From Hyphochytrium catenoides (Eukaryota > Protista > Hyphochytriomycota): a stretch of 63,454 bases of DNA. Below the pieces are notes generated by a model. The model searched no databases, was not told where the DNA came from, and saw only the letters and a list, made by a program, of their open reading frames with translations. Shown here piece by piece: positions 1 to 12,280 of this stretch (within the stretch, counting starts at the first letter, position 1; each line of letters begins with the position of its first letter). The DNA is taken from assembly GCA_900088475.1 (NCBI GenBank), contig FLMG01000373.1, positions 1-63,454 on the forward strand. Direction: 5' to 3'. The position numbers were made by a program, and so were the translations under genes.

Positions 1-881
1 TGTCCGAAAGCAATGTCAAGAGTCTGTTGACGTCACTAGAAGTGTAAGCAAGAGGCCCATCTTTGCTGGCTACGAAATACGTCTGTCTTTGGCCATCGTA
101 CTGAGCATCCTGGCTCAAAGCGGGATGATACTCTTCCAAGGATCTTCTGCTTGGATGGCTTTATTCTTTGTCACAAGCTGCATCCCACAAGTAATTCTGC
201 TATTTAGAGCCCATCCGACACTGCTGTACAGCGTGGTAACGTCATTTGAGTTTGCAATGCTGATCCTGTGCTTGACAGAGTTCATCATTTGCAGCGGTAT
301 TCTAAGGAACTTCGATGGAAGGTAAGTACGCTCCAGCGTTATCTTCGTCACAATCATCCTTGATGGCCGCACGTCGCTAACAGTACGCGTCACTGGCTTC
401 CTTGTCTTTAACGTGTAGGAGCATTCTCATGTCGGGCACCTTGGCGTCGACCATTCTCTCTGCAGTTGTCATTCAGGAGGCAGTGCTCATAGCCAAAGCG
501 AAGGCGTCTCGCTGGGTTGTGTGGCAACTGTCCTCCGTATTGATCTTCCAGATATGCAGTGCGCTGTACTTTCTCACCCTCTCTCAAGATGAACGGAGCG
601 GTACAACAGGAGGAGGGGATGCAGTAGAGGTCGCTTCTGGCGGTATACTTGGCCGCTCGCCTTTGAGCTTCGCTTTGGATGCCCTCTGGAATCTCACGAT
701 CCAAACGTCTCGCAACCTTTATAGCGCAGTGAGAACACCGCACCATCTAGTCTGCGTCATGTCTGACATTCAGTATGACATCACGGTAATAGAAACTAAG
801 GCGACAGCGGTAGGAGGAGGAGCGGCGCAGCGCCACCACCATCCGAAACAGCAACCAACGCATGTAGCATACCACCAGTAG
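1..881 (+). CDS. T1: multi-TM family paralogue, 3' part only (exon 3 <1-321, exon 4 419-881)
   Basis: Frame is open from position 2. Family motifs GYE..L, RAHPTLL, SFEF, LTEF, FDGR|; phase-2 intron AG|GTAAGT(322)..TAG(418); exon 4 has IQE and RSPLSFALDAL. Confidence 0.85.
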
Positions 882-2286
882 CAGCCGTTAAGTCGCCCAC
901 AACCACTCAGGATAACAACTGCCGGAGAATCAACTCTTTCAGATCTCCGGAAACAGACTTGAGATTAGGAGTTGGCGGCAGAAGAAGAAGAGTAGTGGAC
1001 GAGGCCAGGCCAGGGAGGAGTGGGAATGCTATAATGATGAGAAGGACCTACTACTAGTTATAATAAGCAACAGGCTGGTGAGATAGTGTCATGAGCTTCT
1101 TTGCTCAAGAGTTGGATCTAAAGGACGATGGGCAGCTTGTACACTGAAGCTGCTGCTTCTTCTTGTTGGCCGCCGCGCCAGAGAGAGAGAGACAGCCCTG
1201 CCATCAGATACTGTGACCTACTCATTCAGAGCTTCTCCTGGAGTGGATCATAACAATAGCTTCCTAATCCTCACGTTAGATATACGTAATAGAGATATAT
1301 TATGCCCGCTTTATTTTCGATCAAGAACATCCTGAACAGGCGTTACAAAAAGACCGTTGTATCGTCCAGCAGGAAGTGCACTACTTGTATGGGGCGCAGT
1401 GTGCAAACCATCACCAGGCAGCGTAGCCAGAGGCTGGCGGCTGCTGTACGCCTGACACCAACAGCTCCTTCTTCCCAAGAAGATTCAGTGTGGCGGTGCC
1501 GTTCCGCCCATTGCAGGACGACATCGTCGACCCTTACGCTGCTTCTTATTATGGTGAGGCCCTGTCCTCCGTCCTCTGCTTGCCGACTCATCTCATTCAG
1601 TGGTGGCACCACTGATAACGGCGTCCGTTACGTCGCCAACCGGGCGTTCATATTGAGTGAGAGCAGCTAGGCGATAACGAGTAAGAGTAGCGAGGGCCGA
1701 TCTCAGAGTCTAGGCTGCTGCCGTACTTACTTCCTTGTTGCTCTTACAAATTTGTACCAACTCCTTCCCTGCTGTCAGCTTATAATAGAAGACAGGCCCT
1801 TACCGCAGCAGCGGGGCCATTGACCTTCCTCGTAAACGGCTTCTTCCGCCCGTCATGCTGCCAGATGTCTCTTTCATCCCTTAGCCTTCTCTTTCATTCG
1901 TCTCCTCCTCTCCTTGAGAATACTAGTTGAAGCTGCTCATCAGCCGTGTGCTTATGACACCCTACTGTGACACTCGCGACTTCGTCGGGCGGCAGTGAGT
2001 TGGTCATCAGGAACATACCCGCGTACCCTGGACGGTCCTTCTTTCGATTCACCGAGGAGGCATTCCATTGTTAGTATGGCATTGGTCAGACGCTCTGCTG
2101 TTATAAGTAGGAGAAGTTTAGGGCGTTTAAACGCATTGACGCTGATGAGAACTAGTGAAAGACGTGCTTCATGAAAAGGGTTCCTCCAGTTCGCAAGAGG
2201 AGCTCATTGTTGGCCTTGTCCGCTTGAGCAGGATTTGAGGCAATAGGCCTCTCGCCCACACAGGACACGACGCTTCCTCTCAGATA

Positions 2287-4795
2287 ATGACGCGGTATTG
2301 GACGCTAAAGCCAGTCCCAAGCTATTTCCCGGAGTACCTTCAATCCCATGAGACGGTTGGCGTGGCACTGCTTCCAGCTAGGGCGATGGACGCCTATCTT
2401 TCAATTCGTCGAAAAGCTCTCTACACGGTCTCGGTGGCTCTTGCCTTCACCTTCGGAATGGCTGCCTTTGCCTTTATAATCCTTTTTGAAGCACATCAGC
2501 CGCCTAGTCTGCGATCTACGGCTGTCGGGATCATGGCTACCGTTTGTCTGTTCTACTTTGCTGCAGCCCAAATACCGGACCTTCATTTGCAACTCTTCAA
2601 GCGCCTCTTCATGCAATGGGAAAGCTGGTTCTTCCTCGTTCAGTCAATGCCTCCAATCTTCCTCCTGGGATATTTCTTTGGCAATCGTGGTCAGATTGCT
2701 TTCGCCTCCACATGTGTGCTAGAATTTCTGGGCGGAATCATCAGCATCTTCTCGGTAGATCTAACGCCACAATTGGAAGGGTCTCAAGTGACTATTTTCA
2801 TCGTCATTAGCGGGACCACTGTCGCTGCACTGTTCTGGCTCTGGTAGGTCTCCCGCGATGCCTGAAGCTCAAATCGACTTCGACATAGCGCTAGCTCTGT
2901 CATTACCTATAACCCTCTTGTTAAGCCTCCCCTCCACCTTTCTAGATGTAGCCATAGTTGGGTCAGCAATGGGCTCTCCCCTTGCCTGCTCAGCGATGGC
3001 TTGAGAATCTAGGAATGCTGATGATTATTGAGAAGTCCCAAGTGGTGACTAATTCATCCTCATTCCCGTTATTCCGTCCTTATCAGGCTTGCGTGGATCT
3101 TATACTTTGACACCTACGAGGGACTGGAAGCGACTAGCATCACCGTGCTAAAGATACCGCTCCATCCTTGGCTGGTAGCTGCTGATTCTCTCGTGCTGAT
3201 GGCCCTGCTGTTACTGCGGCACCTCAGGAAGTACATTTCCATGGTCCGTAGCAGAAAGACTAGAGGCGGCCGGCTCCTGTTCACGATCGTGAAGTGGCCG
3301 ATCATGTTTGAGAGAAAGAATGACGAAGAAAGGAGCGATGAAAAGTCTCTGACGTTCAAGGGCGGGGGACCTTCGCTAACTCTTGCGGATTCTGGCAGCG
3401 TGGTCCTTTGGCCCCGATCTAGCGCTGGCACCAGTTCTCTATCTAAAATCAAAGTCCGGAGCCATCGAGGAAGAAGGTAACGTAAGACGACGTACTAAGA
3501 GAGTTAGCCAAAGCAGCCATGGCAAAGAGTAAGACGCCTAGGTGGATAGTGACACCTTCGTTGTTCCTCATGCTATGCGGTTATTAAGAGAGCTAGAAGA
3601 AAAAGGCATAGATCAAGCTGGTGGCTGGGCGACTTTAACGCCTCCTGCGTTCTGCTGCTGTCCGCAGGAAGCAGGAGGGAGCCGTTAAAGTCTACAGGAT
3701 CCGGCCAGTAGCACCAGAGGTTACTATCAGTGACCACAGTGACCTCTTTCAAGCATTAGATATGCTTCTCAGGAGGTGGAAGAGGCGTTTCCAGAGTATG
3801 GACGTAGGAGCTTTTCCGACGATACCGCAAGCGAAGGAGCAGAACGTAGCGGTTGAGAACCATGGCTCTGCGATTACCTCTATGCTGAACGGGAAAGAGA
3901 TTCTATTGTCAACGCTCTCCATGATGGCGCTCATCTTAGAGGTCACTACGCTAGCGTTAAATGGCTCAACCGCCGTGCTGATTCTATCCGCTCTCCTATT
4001 CTTCTCTTCCACTATATTACTTATGGGGCTTTCTCAACGACCGCTGGTTGGCAAGCTACTGAAGTCCTTCGACTTCTGTGCAATGGCGCTCGTACTGTTG
4101 GAGCTCCTTATCTTCAGTGGACATTTGCTTCAGTGGGACAGAAGGTAAGCACCATGATGTTTCTCTTTGCGCTGGAGGGTCTCGACCTGAGAAGTTTTCT
4201 CCTTCTGCTAATGTGACATAGGTTTGTCTTCATTCTATCGGTGGCTCTGGCGAGCATAACCTCCATGGTCATCCAAGATGCAACCCTCATACCAGGGCCT
4301 AGGAGACAGCAATGGATATCCCTGCACCTGTTAACTCTACTTGGCATAGAAATCGCTGGCATCTTCTACCTTGTAATGAACTCTGGCGGGCCTACTCCAG
4401 CGCCTACACCTACCACAGAGGGAGATCAGAACCATCCACTTGCAATGAGCAAGCTTGGACGTCCTCCGCTAAGCTTTGCACTTGACGCTCTCTGCACGAT
4501 GCTCATTCACACGTCAAGGTGTCTATTCTGCGCCATGTGCTACCCAAACTCTTTCGTGGCAATTCTTTCCGAAGTCGAGTACGAGACCGATTACATCGCT
4601 GCCGTTCAGAGCACAGCAGACTGCAGCGACAGCCTCACTCAAACAAGCAGCGACTTTGCTACAGCTGCTGCTGGTGAGCCACGAGGAGATGCGAAGACTA
4701 GCAGAAGGTTAAATCTAGCTTCGATGGGGAAAATGGTGGCTCCGCAACAAAATGAGAAGAATCTGCGGCCCGAAGCAACAGGTGTGGACTCTTAG
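2287..4795 (+). CDS. T2: multi-TM family paralogue, ~665 aa (exons 2287-2843, 3087-3476, 3668-4144, 4222-4795)
   Basis: Three GT-AG phase-2 introns give one continuous frame (1998 nt). Motifs RYWTLKP, PDLH..LF.QWE, YEG, PWLVAADSL, VKWP, KVYRIRP, GKE, SFDF, WDRR, QD, RPPLSFALDAL. Confidence 0.9.
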
Positions 4796-5030
4796 TATCC
4801 GCAATACCTATTATGCCCGCTTGCTATTCTGAGAGCACCAGCTATGCGATCAGCAGTCTCTTCTCCTACTACGAGAAGCAAGACAATGAGTTGGAGCTGT
4901 GTTAACGATGGGATAGAAGTCAGCCAAGAGCTGAGTCACTTAGTCCATTGCACTCATTTTTGGATATGAAAGTGAGACTAGACACCCATTAGCTTCTCAC
5001 AGACATAGACTTAACTAACGTCTGGTGTGC

Positions 5031-7455
5031 CTAGCCGGGGGCCGACGAGCAGAAATCTTTTGACCCATCCTCCGTGCTTGACAGTTCCTTGACTTGGCCT
5101 CCGGCGGGCTCCTCAAAGACGAGCTTCTGAGATGGGCCTTCTAAGAGCATCTGCCCTCCTTTACAGTCCTTCTTACACTTTGATCCTTCACTCTGCGGTC
5201 TTGTTGGGTCCGCTTGCTCTATTGCTTCTTTCTTTGCGTCAGGAGGGTCCTGTATGAAGTCTATCTCATAAGCTACATCAGACATTATAGAGACGAGAAG
5301 ATGTGGCGATTGAACCATGCTAAGCAGGCTCCGGACGGTGTGCATGATGACAGTTGCAAGCGCATCTAGCGCCAAACTTAGAGGAGATCGGGTGACGCCA
5401 GAGAGGAAGTTGGCAGTGTGTCCCAGCAACGAGGAAGAGTCGTCGTGGGGTGTGAGAAAGACCAGGTAGACCCCACACGTGAGCTCCACGAGAAGAAGCA
5501 CAACGAAGTGAAAGACAAGCCATCGCTTCCTTCTCTGCAGAGGCATTATGACAGTATCTTGCATGATTAAAGAGGAAATGACAGTCAGGGCGACAGATGT
5601 CACGCTGAAGCACCTAAGCAACGAGAAGCAGAGTTAGAAAACCGGAGTTACCAGTGGAAGCATTTGTAAGGCATCGAAAAGAGACAACTCTACCTGGTGT
5701 CCCAGCTCAGTAGGAAGCACGCAAAGACAAAGACTTCCAACAATGAGAAGAGCATGACGGCAAAGTCAAAGGATTTCGTGAGCTTCAACAGAAGAACTGG
5801 GTGTGCTCGACCGACTAGCAAAACGTTGGCGCTGAAGCCGACGAAAAAGAACAGCACCGTGAAGGCCAACGGTCCGTCAACTTCGACCAGTGCCGCCTGA
5901 ATGATGGTCGCGGCGGCAGCAAGGGCAGACAGAGTCGGCTCTTGTCCGACAAACCTCGACACACTGGGAGCAAAAGTTGAATCTCTAGATGACGAGGAAG
6001 ATGCCGGCTGATCACGAGAACAGGGCGTCGTCGTCAAGGACGAAGCTCCGCGGCTTCTTTCTCCACGATCAGGCCGCTCCGGTAAGGTCTTGTTGCTCTT
6101 CCTCATAGGGCCTAATCTGCGCCATCTGTGGTTGACGACCCAGCAGATGTACTGCAACGTGTCGCTGAAGTTGTCTAAGGAAAATGGTTCTTGGACAGGG
6201 CGCACCTTGTACACCTTGCGTCCGCCCTTCATCCTGTTATTTTAGCAATAAAGGAGCAGGGAGAAAGTAAGGATCCGCTCTCTTTTCAGCTGTCATATCG
6301 CCGCAACCCCCGACGTCTGTCACTCTTTAGCGATACCTTTGTCTCTTCTTGTTCTTAGGAGTGTCTGGGACGGATTGGGCTTGTCTTGGCGGCTCTGTGG
6401 TGGGTAGCACTGCTCCCTCATCTTCTTCTAACGGCCCAGGGGCTGCAGCTTGAAGAGAAGATAACCTTTCCAGCCGCCTCTTGGAGGACACATCTTCTTC
6501 AATGGTTAGCGGCCACTTGATCGTCGTGAAGCGCAGGCTGCCGCCCTTAGCCTTTCTTCTCCTGGCTGCCATGATATACCTAAACAAGAACTGGGCATGA
6601 AGCACAGCAATGACGACCAGAGAATCTGCAGCAATCAGCCAAGGCCGAATTGGAATCTTGAAGATAACGAGCTCGGTCTCTTCCATCCCTTCATATCGGC
6701 TAAAGTAAAGCTTCCCAGCCATTCTGAAGGTAACAAACAAGAGACACATCGTTAGCAGCAGCGACGACTAACAAAGACCAAACAGCAAAAAGATAGCGAG
6801 GGTCAGCATAAGTTGGGTCTCTTCAATAGCTGTTGACTTACAATAGCATCGCCAGGGCCGCCACTAATGTGCCTTCGATGACTAACAGAATGGTCATGGT
6901 AGAGCCACCTAGATGCGGCATAGAGTCCAGCAAGAATGGTGCTAAAGCCGTAGCTATGATGCCAAGGACAAAGCCGCATGCCCGTGCATTCTGACCTCTC
7001 ACTCTGTTGATGTAAGAAAAGAGAAATACGGGCGGGATGCACTGAAAGACCGAGAGCCACCCTTCGAATTGACTGAATAGCCGACGCAGAAGTTGCAGCT
7101 GCAGCTCGGGGACAACTGCCAGTGTGTAGAAGGCATAACAGGCGGCGGACAAAGCCCCAAAGGCAGTTAGATCAATGTCCGTCGGCTCCCCACTGTGTAG
7201 AAAGGTAGTGTAGAAGCCGACGTGTCCTAGACTTAGAGCGGCCGCAAGGCTTAGGTTGTACAGCGGAGACCTGCGTAACACTGTCGAATAGAACCTTCCA
7301 ACACGAGGCGGGAAGATTATCTTAGCACCGTTATCTCTGGAGTCCAGGAGAGGCGGGAGGTAACCATCATCCGGCCTTAAGGTCCAGTATCGAGGCATCA
7401 TGCTCTCCACGCTCTTCTCAAGAGGAGAGGAAGGAGCCTCTCTCCTCGCGGCCAT
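5031..7455 (-). CDS. T3: multi-TM family paralogue, ~707 aa (exons 7455-6842, 6723-6337, 6233-5694, 5613-5031)
   Basis: Spliced frame of 2124 nt with the same motifs (RYWTLRP, QFEGW, PWLIAADSLVV, IKWPL, KVYKVRP, RAHP, SFDF, WDTR, QD, RSPLSLALDAL). Convergent with T2. Confidence 0.9.
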
Positions 7456-8031
7456 CGTGCTGCACTTCGTTCTTTAGCCTCAAGAGCTTAGCATGTCCGG
7501 ACACTCGAGCGAATGTTGAACCCGAAGAGTGCTCATAACTCCGACATCATCTCTCAACAACAACCTACGAAATGTTTGGAAGCAAGTCATACTCTAGGAA
7601 ATGGAAGCTTTTCATCTTAACCAATTCTTGAGAAGACTCTTGGTCCTCAAGGTAGACTCTTGACCAGCGAGAAGAGGAGCAACGCTGCTCTGTCAGCCTC
7701 ATGGTGACTGACTCCCATCGGACCAGCGCCCAGCTACTAATACATGTCAACGGCCAACATGCCAGAGCAAGAGAAGGACCTTCAAATACGTGCCGTACAG
7801 AGAAAGATGGGCAGGGATAGGGCCGGGGAAAGGCAAAAGAAAGCGTTGGACAGTGAAGAGAGGGAGGGAGATATGGAAAATAGGAGGGAGAGATAGCGGA
7901 GCAGAGAGAGAGAGAGAGTAGGAGAAAGAAGGGCTCAGATAGCAGGACGGAAAGGAGACGACGCTGCTGACAAAGAACTAGAGGAACGACGGAGAGAAGA
8001 GAGAGACACGAGAGAGAGACACGAGAGAGAG

Positions 8032-8034
<3 letters not shown>

Positions 8035-8080
<46 letters not shown>
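8035..8080. repeat. (GA)n microsatellite
   Basis: Pure GA dinucleotide run. One of many; others lie at ~10660-10770, 14930-15180, 20870-21030, 52430-52525, 54825-54900, 55777-55850 and 57068-57135. Confidence 0.95.
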
Positions 8081-8085
<5 letters not shown>

Positions 8086-8417
8086 CGACCAGGACAAAAG
8101 AGAAAGGATCAACAAGAGGAGGGCCGAGGCATTCTTGAGAAGAGTATGCAACCACTTTCACACCTGATTGGTGAAAATGATGTCAATATAGCAGTAAGCT
8201 GTCAAATAAGCATGTGAGGGCCTTTCAGAAAGCCTGTCATTTAGAGCAGTGCTGGCTCTGTGAATTCGCGATAGTTGGACCATCCTGTCGTCAATCTTGA
8301 CAGAATATCAAAAGCACGGCCGTTATGGAGTCAAGTATGGTAAACGCTTGGTCGTCTAGGGACAGAGGGGTCAAAGTCTGTCTCTCCGTCTCAACCACCA
8401 TCACCAGCCTGCAAGTG

Positions 8418-8680
8418 CACTCTCCAAGCGCTACTGAACTCTAAGTCGCGGCACCAGTAAGGAGAACGAATAGCAAGTCATCTTGGAGAGAGCAGGAAGG
8501 ATAGAACAACCCGCCACCTAAGCTTGTGAGAACAACCAAGAAGAAGAAGGGAAGAGAGAGCGATAGAAAGAGCAAAGTGTCAGTGGCTCCTCCTGTCGCC
8601 CTCTTCTTACCGTCGTACGTGGTGAGCGCTGCTTCTACTTACTGAACGGCCCGCAGCACTGTACCATCATGAGAGGACGC
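8418..8680 (+). repeat. Diverged ~260-bp dispersed direct repeat, copy 1
   Basis: Shares colinear blocks with 10833-11093 (gtcgcggca, caagtcatcttgg, gatagaac, tgtgagaacaaccaagaag, ctgcttctacttactg, accatcat). Confidence 0.85.
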
Positions 8681-10832
8681 TATGCTGTTTGCGTATTATA
8701 GTGTCTACGGCATCCTCCCAGCCAGCATCATAGCATGAATTCTTAGACCTAACTCATGGGAAGGTGGACGGAGACACAACGGTAGTAGCATTAGGGCAAA
8801 GGAAGGGCGGCACGGAAGTAATGATGGTAGTGCCTCTGCATCTGTCTTGCTCTTGGGTCACCCTATCCTAATTGTCGACTTTATGCGGTGCTGATGGTGG
8901 TCTGATGAGGACAGCATGAATCATAGCTCCGCCGAAGCCTCGACTATGACTCTATGACCATCAAACAACCATGTATCAGTTCCGCTCATTTCATTCCCAG
9001 TGAACAGTCTCGTTGACTGCCGTCTTCGAGTTCCTCTAACACTGCTACGTAGAATACTTTTGGGTCGGCCTTATTAGAAATGAGGATGGAGGCAACAATG
9101 AAACAGAGGTTTCTCAAGAGGAAGACATCGTCCTAACTGGGGTTGGCTCATCTCTTTCCATCCACCAAGAGTGTGATTTCACACGGTAAACGGTATCGCC
9201 ACGGCCGGCGAGCGGGTCGCTCTACCAAGTTGCAGCCTCATCAGGCAGGACAGTCCTTACTCTAGCAAAAAATGACGCCGATGTTCTCAAGACCTGCAAT
9301 GAGGAGGCCTTCCATCAGCCTAAGAGACCCTCGTTGCAGACGGAGCAAGCAGCCACCAATCATTATGGGGCCCTTCCTCAAAACAAAGGATTCTCCAAGA
9401 CCCAACAATTTGCGTGCCATCCAGAAAGGCTCGTAAAGGGCTGGACTAGCTGTTGGACGATGCTCGCAGAAGGCAGATGATAAAGGTGGTTCCACTTTTA
9501 TGCTTTTAGCCACTGTGGTCGATTCTTTGACTGACGTCACGGGATCCAGTTTTGACAGATCAGAAGTGAGCTGCACAGCCATGGATATTTGAGATGATTG
9601 GCTGGCGTGCTTCGGGATGACTGAGGACGTCTATTAGGGGCCCTGTTTATTTGATCGTTGCAATAGAGGAACTTGTCTTCAGCATTCTGAGTAGGGATGG
9701 CTAGCTTACATTATCAGTTCAAGAAGGGAAGAGGACTCCCAGTAGATCTACCACTGAGAAGAAATCATCCGCGGGAGCTAGTAGGAGCTTAAATAAGAGC
9801 CGTGCTTTTGTCTGTCAATCAACATTCTGCGTAGTAGAACTAGTAGCTAATCCTCCATCTCGTACCTCTCATAATATTTTATATGAACAACTGACGGATG
9901 GTGCTGACGAAGTTACGTTATCCTTACGCAGCACGGAAACCAGTTAGCGGGTTATCACTAATAGAGGAACCTCATCCATGACATCTGAACGCATCTTGGT
10001 GGGGTTGTTAGAGACCGGGCCGGGCAGCCTAGCAAGACCTCTCGGCCGAGCGAGGTCGTCCTACTTCTACGAGTTCCTCGTTATCAGGTAGCCCACACGT
10101 CGTGCAAGGGATCTCCTTCCAAGGTCATTATTAGTGCAGACGCTTCACCAGCCACAATAGAAGCCCGCCCTTCTTGCAACAAAAGGATCGCCACCATAGC
10201 CGACAGCCCGTCCGTAACAGCAGTGAAGGCTCGCAATTGGCTGGATACGGTGAGGTTCGCAGATGCGGATCTGGTGGTCTTTGAGTTTGGCTGTTCATTA
10301 CCATCAGAAGTGTGTGGTCGCTTCTTGTCACTGACGTCACGGCCTCGAGCTTACCGGATCGATACGGTCATGGATTGATGCCCAAAATTGCGAGTGCTGG
10401 ATCAGGAAGTAGAAGAGCAAAGTGTTTAGTTGAATTTCTCTGTCTGTTCCAGTTGAACTTCTCTCTGCGCCTTGGGACAAGTTATACTCTTATCAAAAAA
10501 AAAGGCCTATGATAAAGGAGGAGCATCAACTACCAAGAGTCTTCCAGCACCACTGAAGATACGAGAGAGAGTACGAGAAACAGTGGCATGGCTACTACTA
10601 GCAGGCTAGCGGGAGGGACAGGAGAGAGGAGAGGAGGACGAAGACAAAAAGATGAGGTACAAGAGAGAGAGAGAGAGAGAGAGAGAAAGGGAGAAGAGAG
10701 AGAGGGAAACCAGAGAGAGAGAGAGGAGGAAAAAAGAAAGAAGAGAGAGATCAGAGAGAGAGAGAGACAGGGACAAAGAGAAGTATATATAGAGAGTTAT
10801 GGGAAGTATATATCACCAGCTGCCCGGAAGTT

Positions 10833-11093
10833 CACTCTCTCAAGCCCTACTGCACTCTAGTCGCGGCATCGGCAATGAGAAAGAATATGACAAGTCATCT
10901 TGGCGAGAAGGGGAAAAGATAGAACGATCCGCCATCTAAGCTTTGCTGTGAGAACAACCAAGAAGCGAGGGAGAGAGAAAGAAAGCGGTAGAAAGGAGCA
11001 AGCGTCGGCTGTACTGTTGCCCTCTTCCAACCTTCGATTTGGTCTCTGCTTCTACTTACTGGACGGCTCGTACTGGACCATCATTGACGGACG
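10833..11093 (+). repeat. Diverged ~260-bp dispersed direct repeat, copy 2
   Basis: Colinear with 8418-8680. Confidence 0.85.
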
Positions 11094-12280
11094 ATATGTT
11101 GCTTGTCCTGGTCGTTGTTATTATCCGGTCCATTTCCTCCTCATCCCCTTGGCGCTGCCGATACTAGTGCCCTCCCACAGCTTCATAAGGTTATCCCTTC
11201 TTGACGTAACATTTCTTTCTGTAGGCTATTCTTCACTCTCAACACTTGTCTTCTCCCTTTCGCTCTTTCACTCTTGCTTCTCTCTCCACGCTCCACTCTC
11301 TTCCGTCCTCTGTTTAGCTCTCGTCTTTCAACTCTTCTCCCCATTCCTCCCACCTCCTCTCCAATCACCCCTTTCTCCTTGTCTCCTCTCTGCCTTCCTA
11401 TTACTCTTCTTTCTCGCTTTCCCTCTCTCTTTCTCTAAGACTACGTCCACCTCCCTTCCTCATCAACTGAATAGTCCGGGTTTGCTTATGGCTATAATTC
11501 CCGTTAAAGCTCTAATCGCCATTAACCGCCGCATAACAGTCGGCCTCTGTTGAATCCCATAAATCCTATGCACGCCGCTCAGACGAACGTGATGGTGGAA
11601 GTAGTCGAAGAATATGAATGGTAACACATTATCCAGAAGGCGCTATCTCAGACATCTATTTCCTGGGCGTTTGTATCTAATGAAGAATCAACTAATCTAC
11701 TCACTGGTGGATAAACGCCACTCGTTCCTCACTTGTCCACTTGCCCTCTAGCTTGTGCTCACCGTCTGCAGGCGGCAGAGATCAGAGTGTAGGGACTATA
11801 CTTTACCGATCTGACCTATAGACTTATAAAAACTCTAGGTCCCCTGCGAAAGACCCGGTAGGGTTCTCTCTCTCTAACTCTCTGGATCTTAGAGTCAGGC
11901 CCAGTGTCCAGGTCTCTTTTCCTCTCAACTGTGCCCTCTCTCTCTCTCTCTCTCTCTAACATTATCTATCAGAGCGCTTTTTGTCTCACGAGGAAGATCA
12001 CAATGTGAGCCGTCACGGTCGATCCCTACCAGGCACAACAAGCCCAGCGACAGAGAGAACGACCGAAGAGACAACAAACAACAGTGGGCAAGGGCTCTCT
12101 GAAAAGCGTGAAGCCTCCTGAAGAAGAAGTACTATTATTATTGTTAACAGTTAAAAAGGTGGAAAGAGCACGGAGGACAAGGACGTTGAGGAGACTGACG
12201 ATGAGTATTTAGGAGACTGACGACGGAGTATTTAGCGTGTGATCTAGTGCACAGAATAAGTGCTGACGACAGTCCAAACC

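Noticed and set aside
2287-4795. Reading each unit as two separate genes (N-half and C-half) or as a 4-gene operon
   Set aside because: Canonical GT-AG phase-2 junctions join all four segments in frame in every complete copy, and most exon-3 segments have no suitable start codon. Transcript evidence is still lacking.
7565-8161. ORFs rich in SLSLSL or RERERE (also 10588, 14592, 20735-21138, 41566, 52243-52713, 54601-55251, 57017)
   Set aside because: They are translations of (GA)n/(CT)n microsatellites and lack stops only because of low complexity.
9262-10340. Short ORFs in the 9-10 kb gap as a gene or transposon remnant
   Set aside because: No recognisable motif or consistent exon chain.
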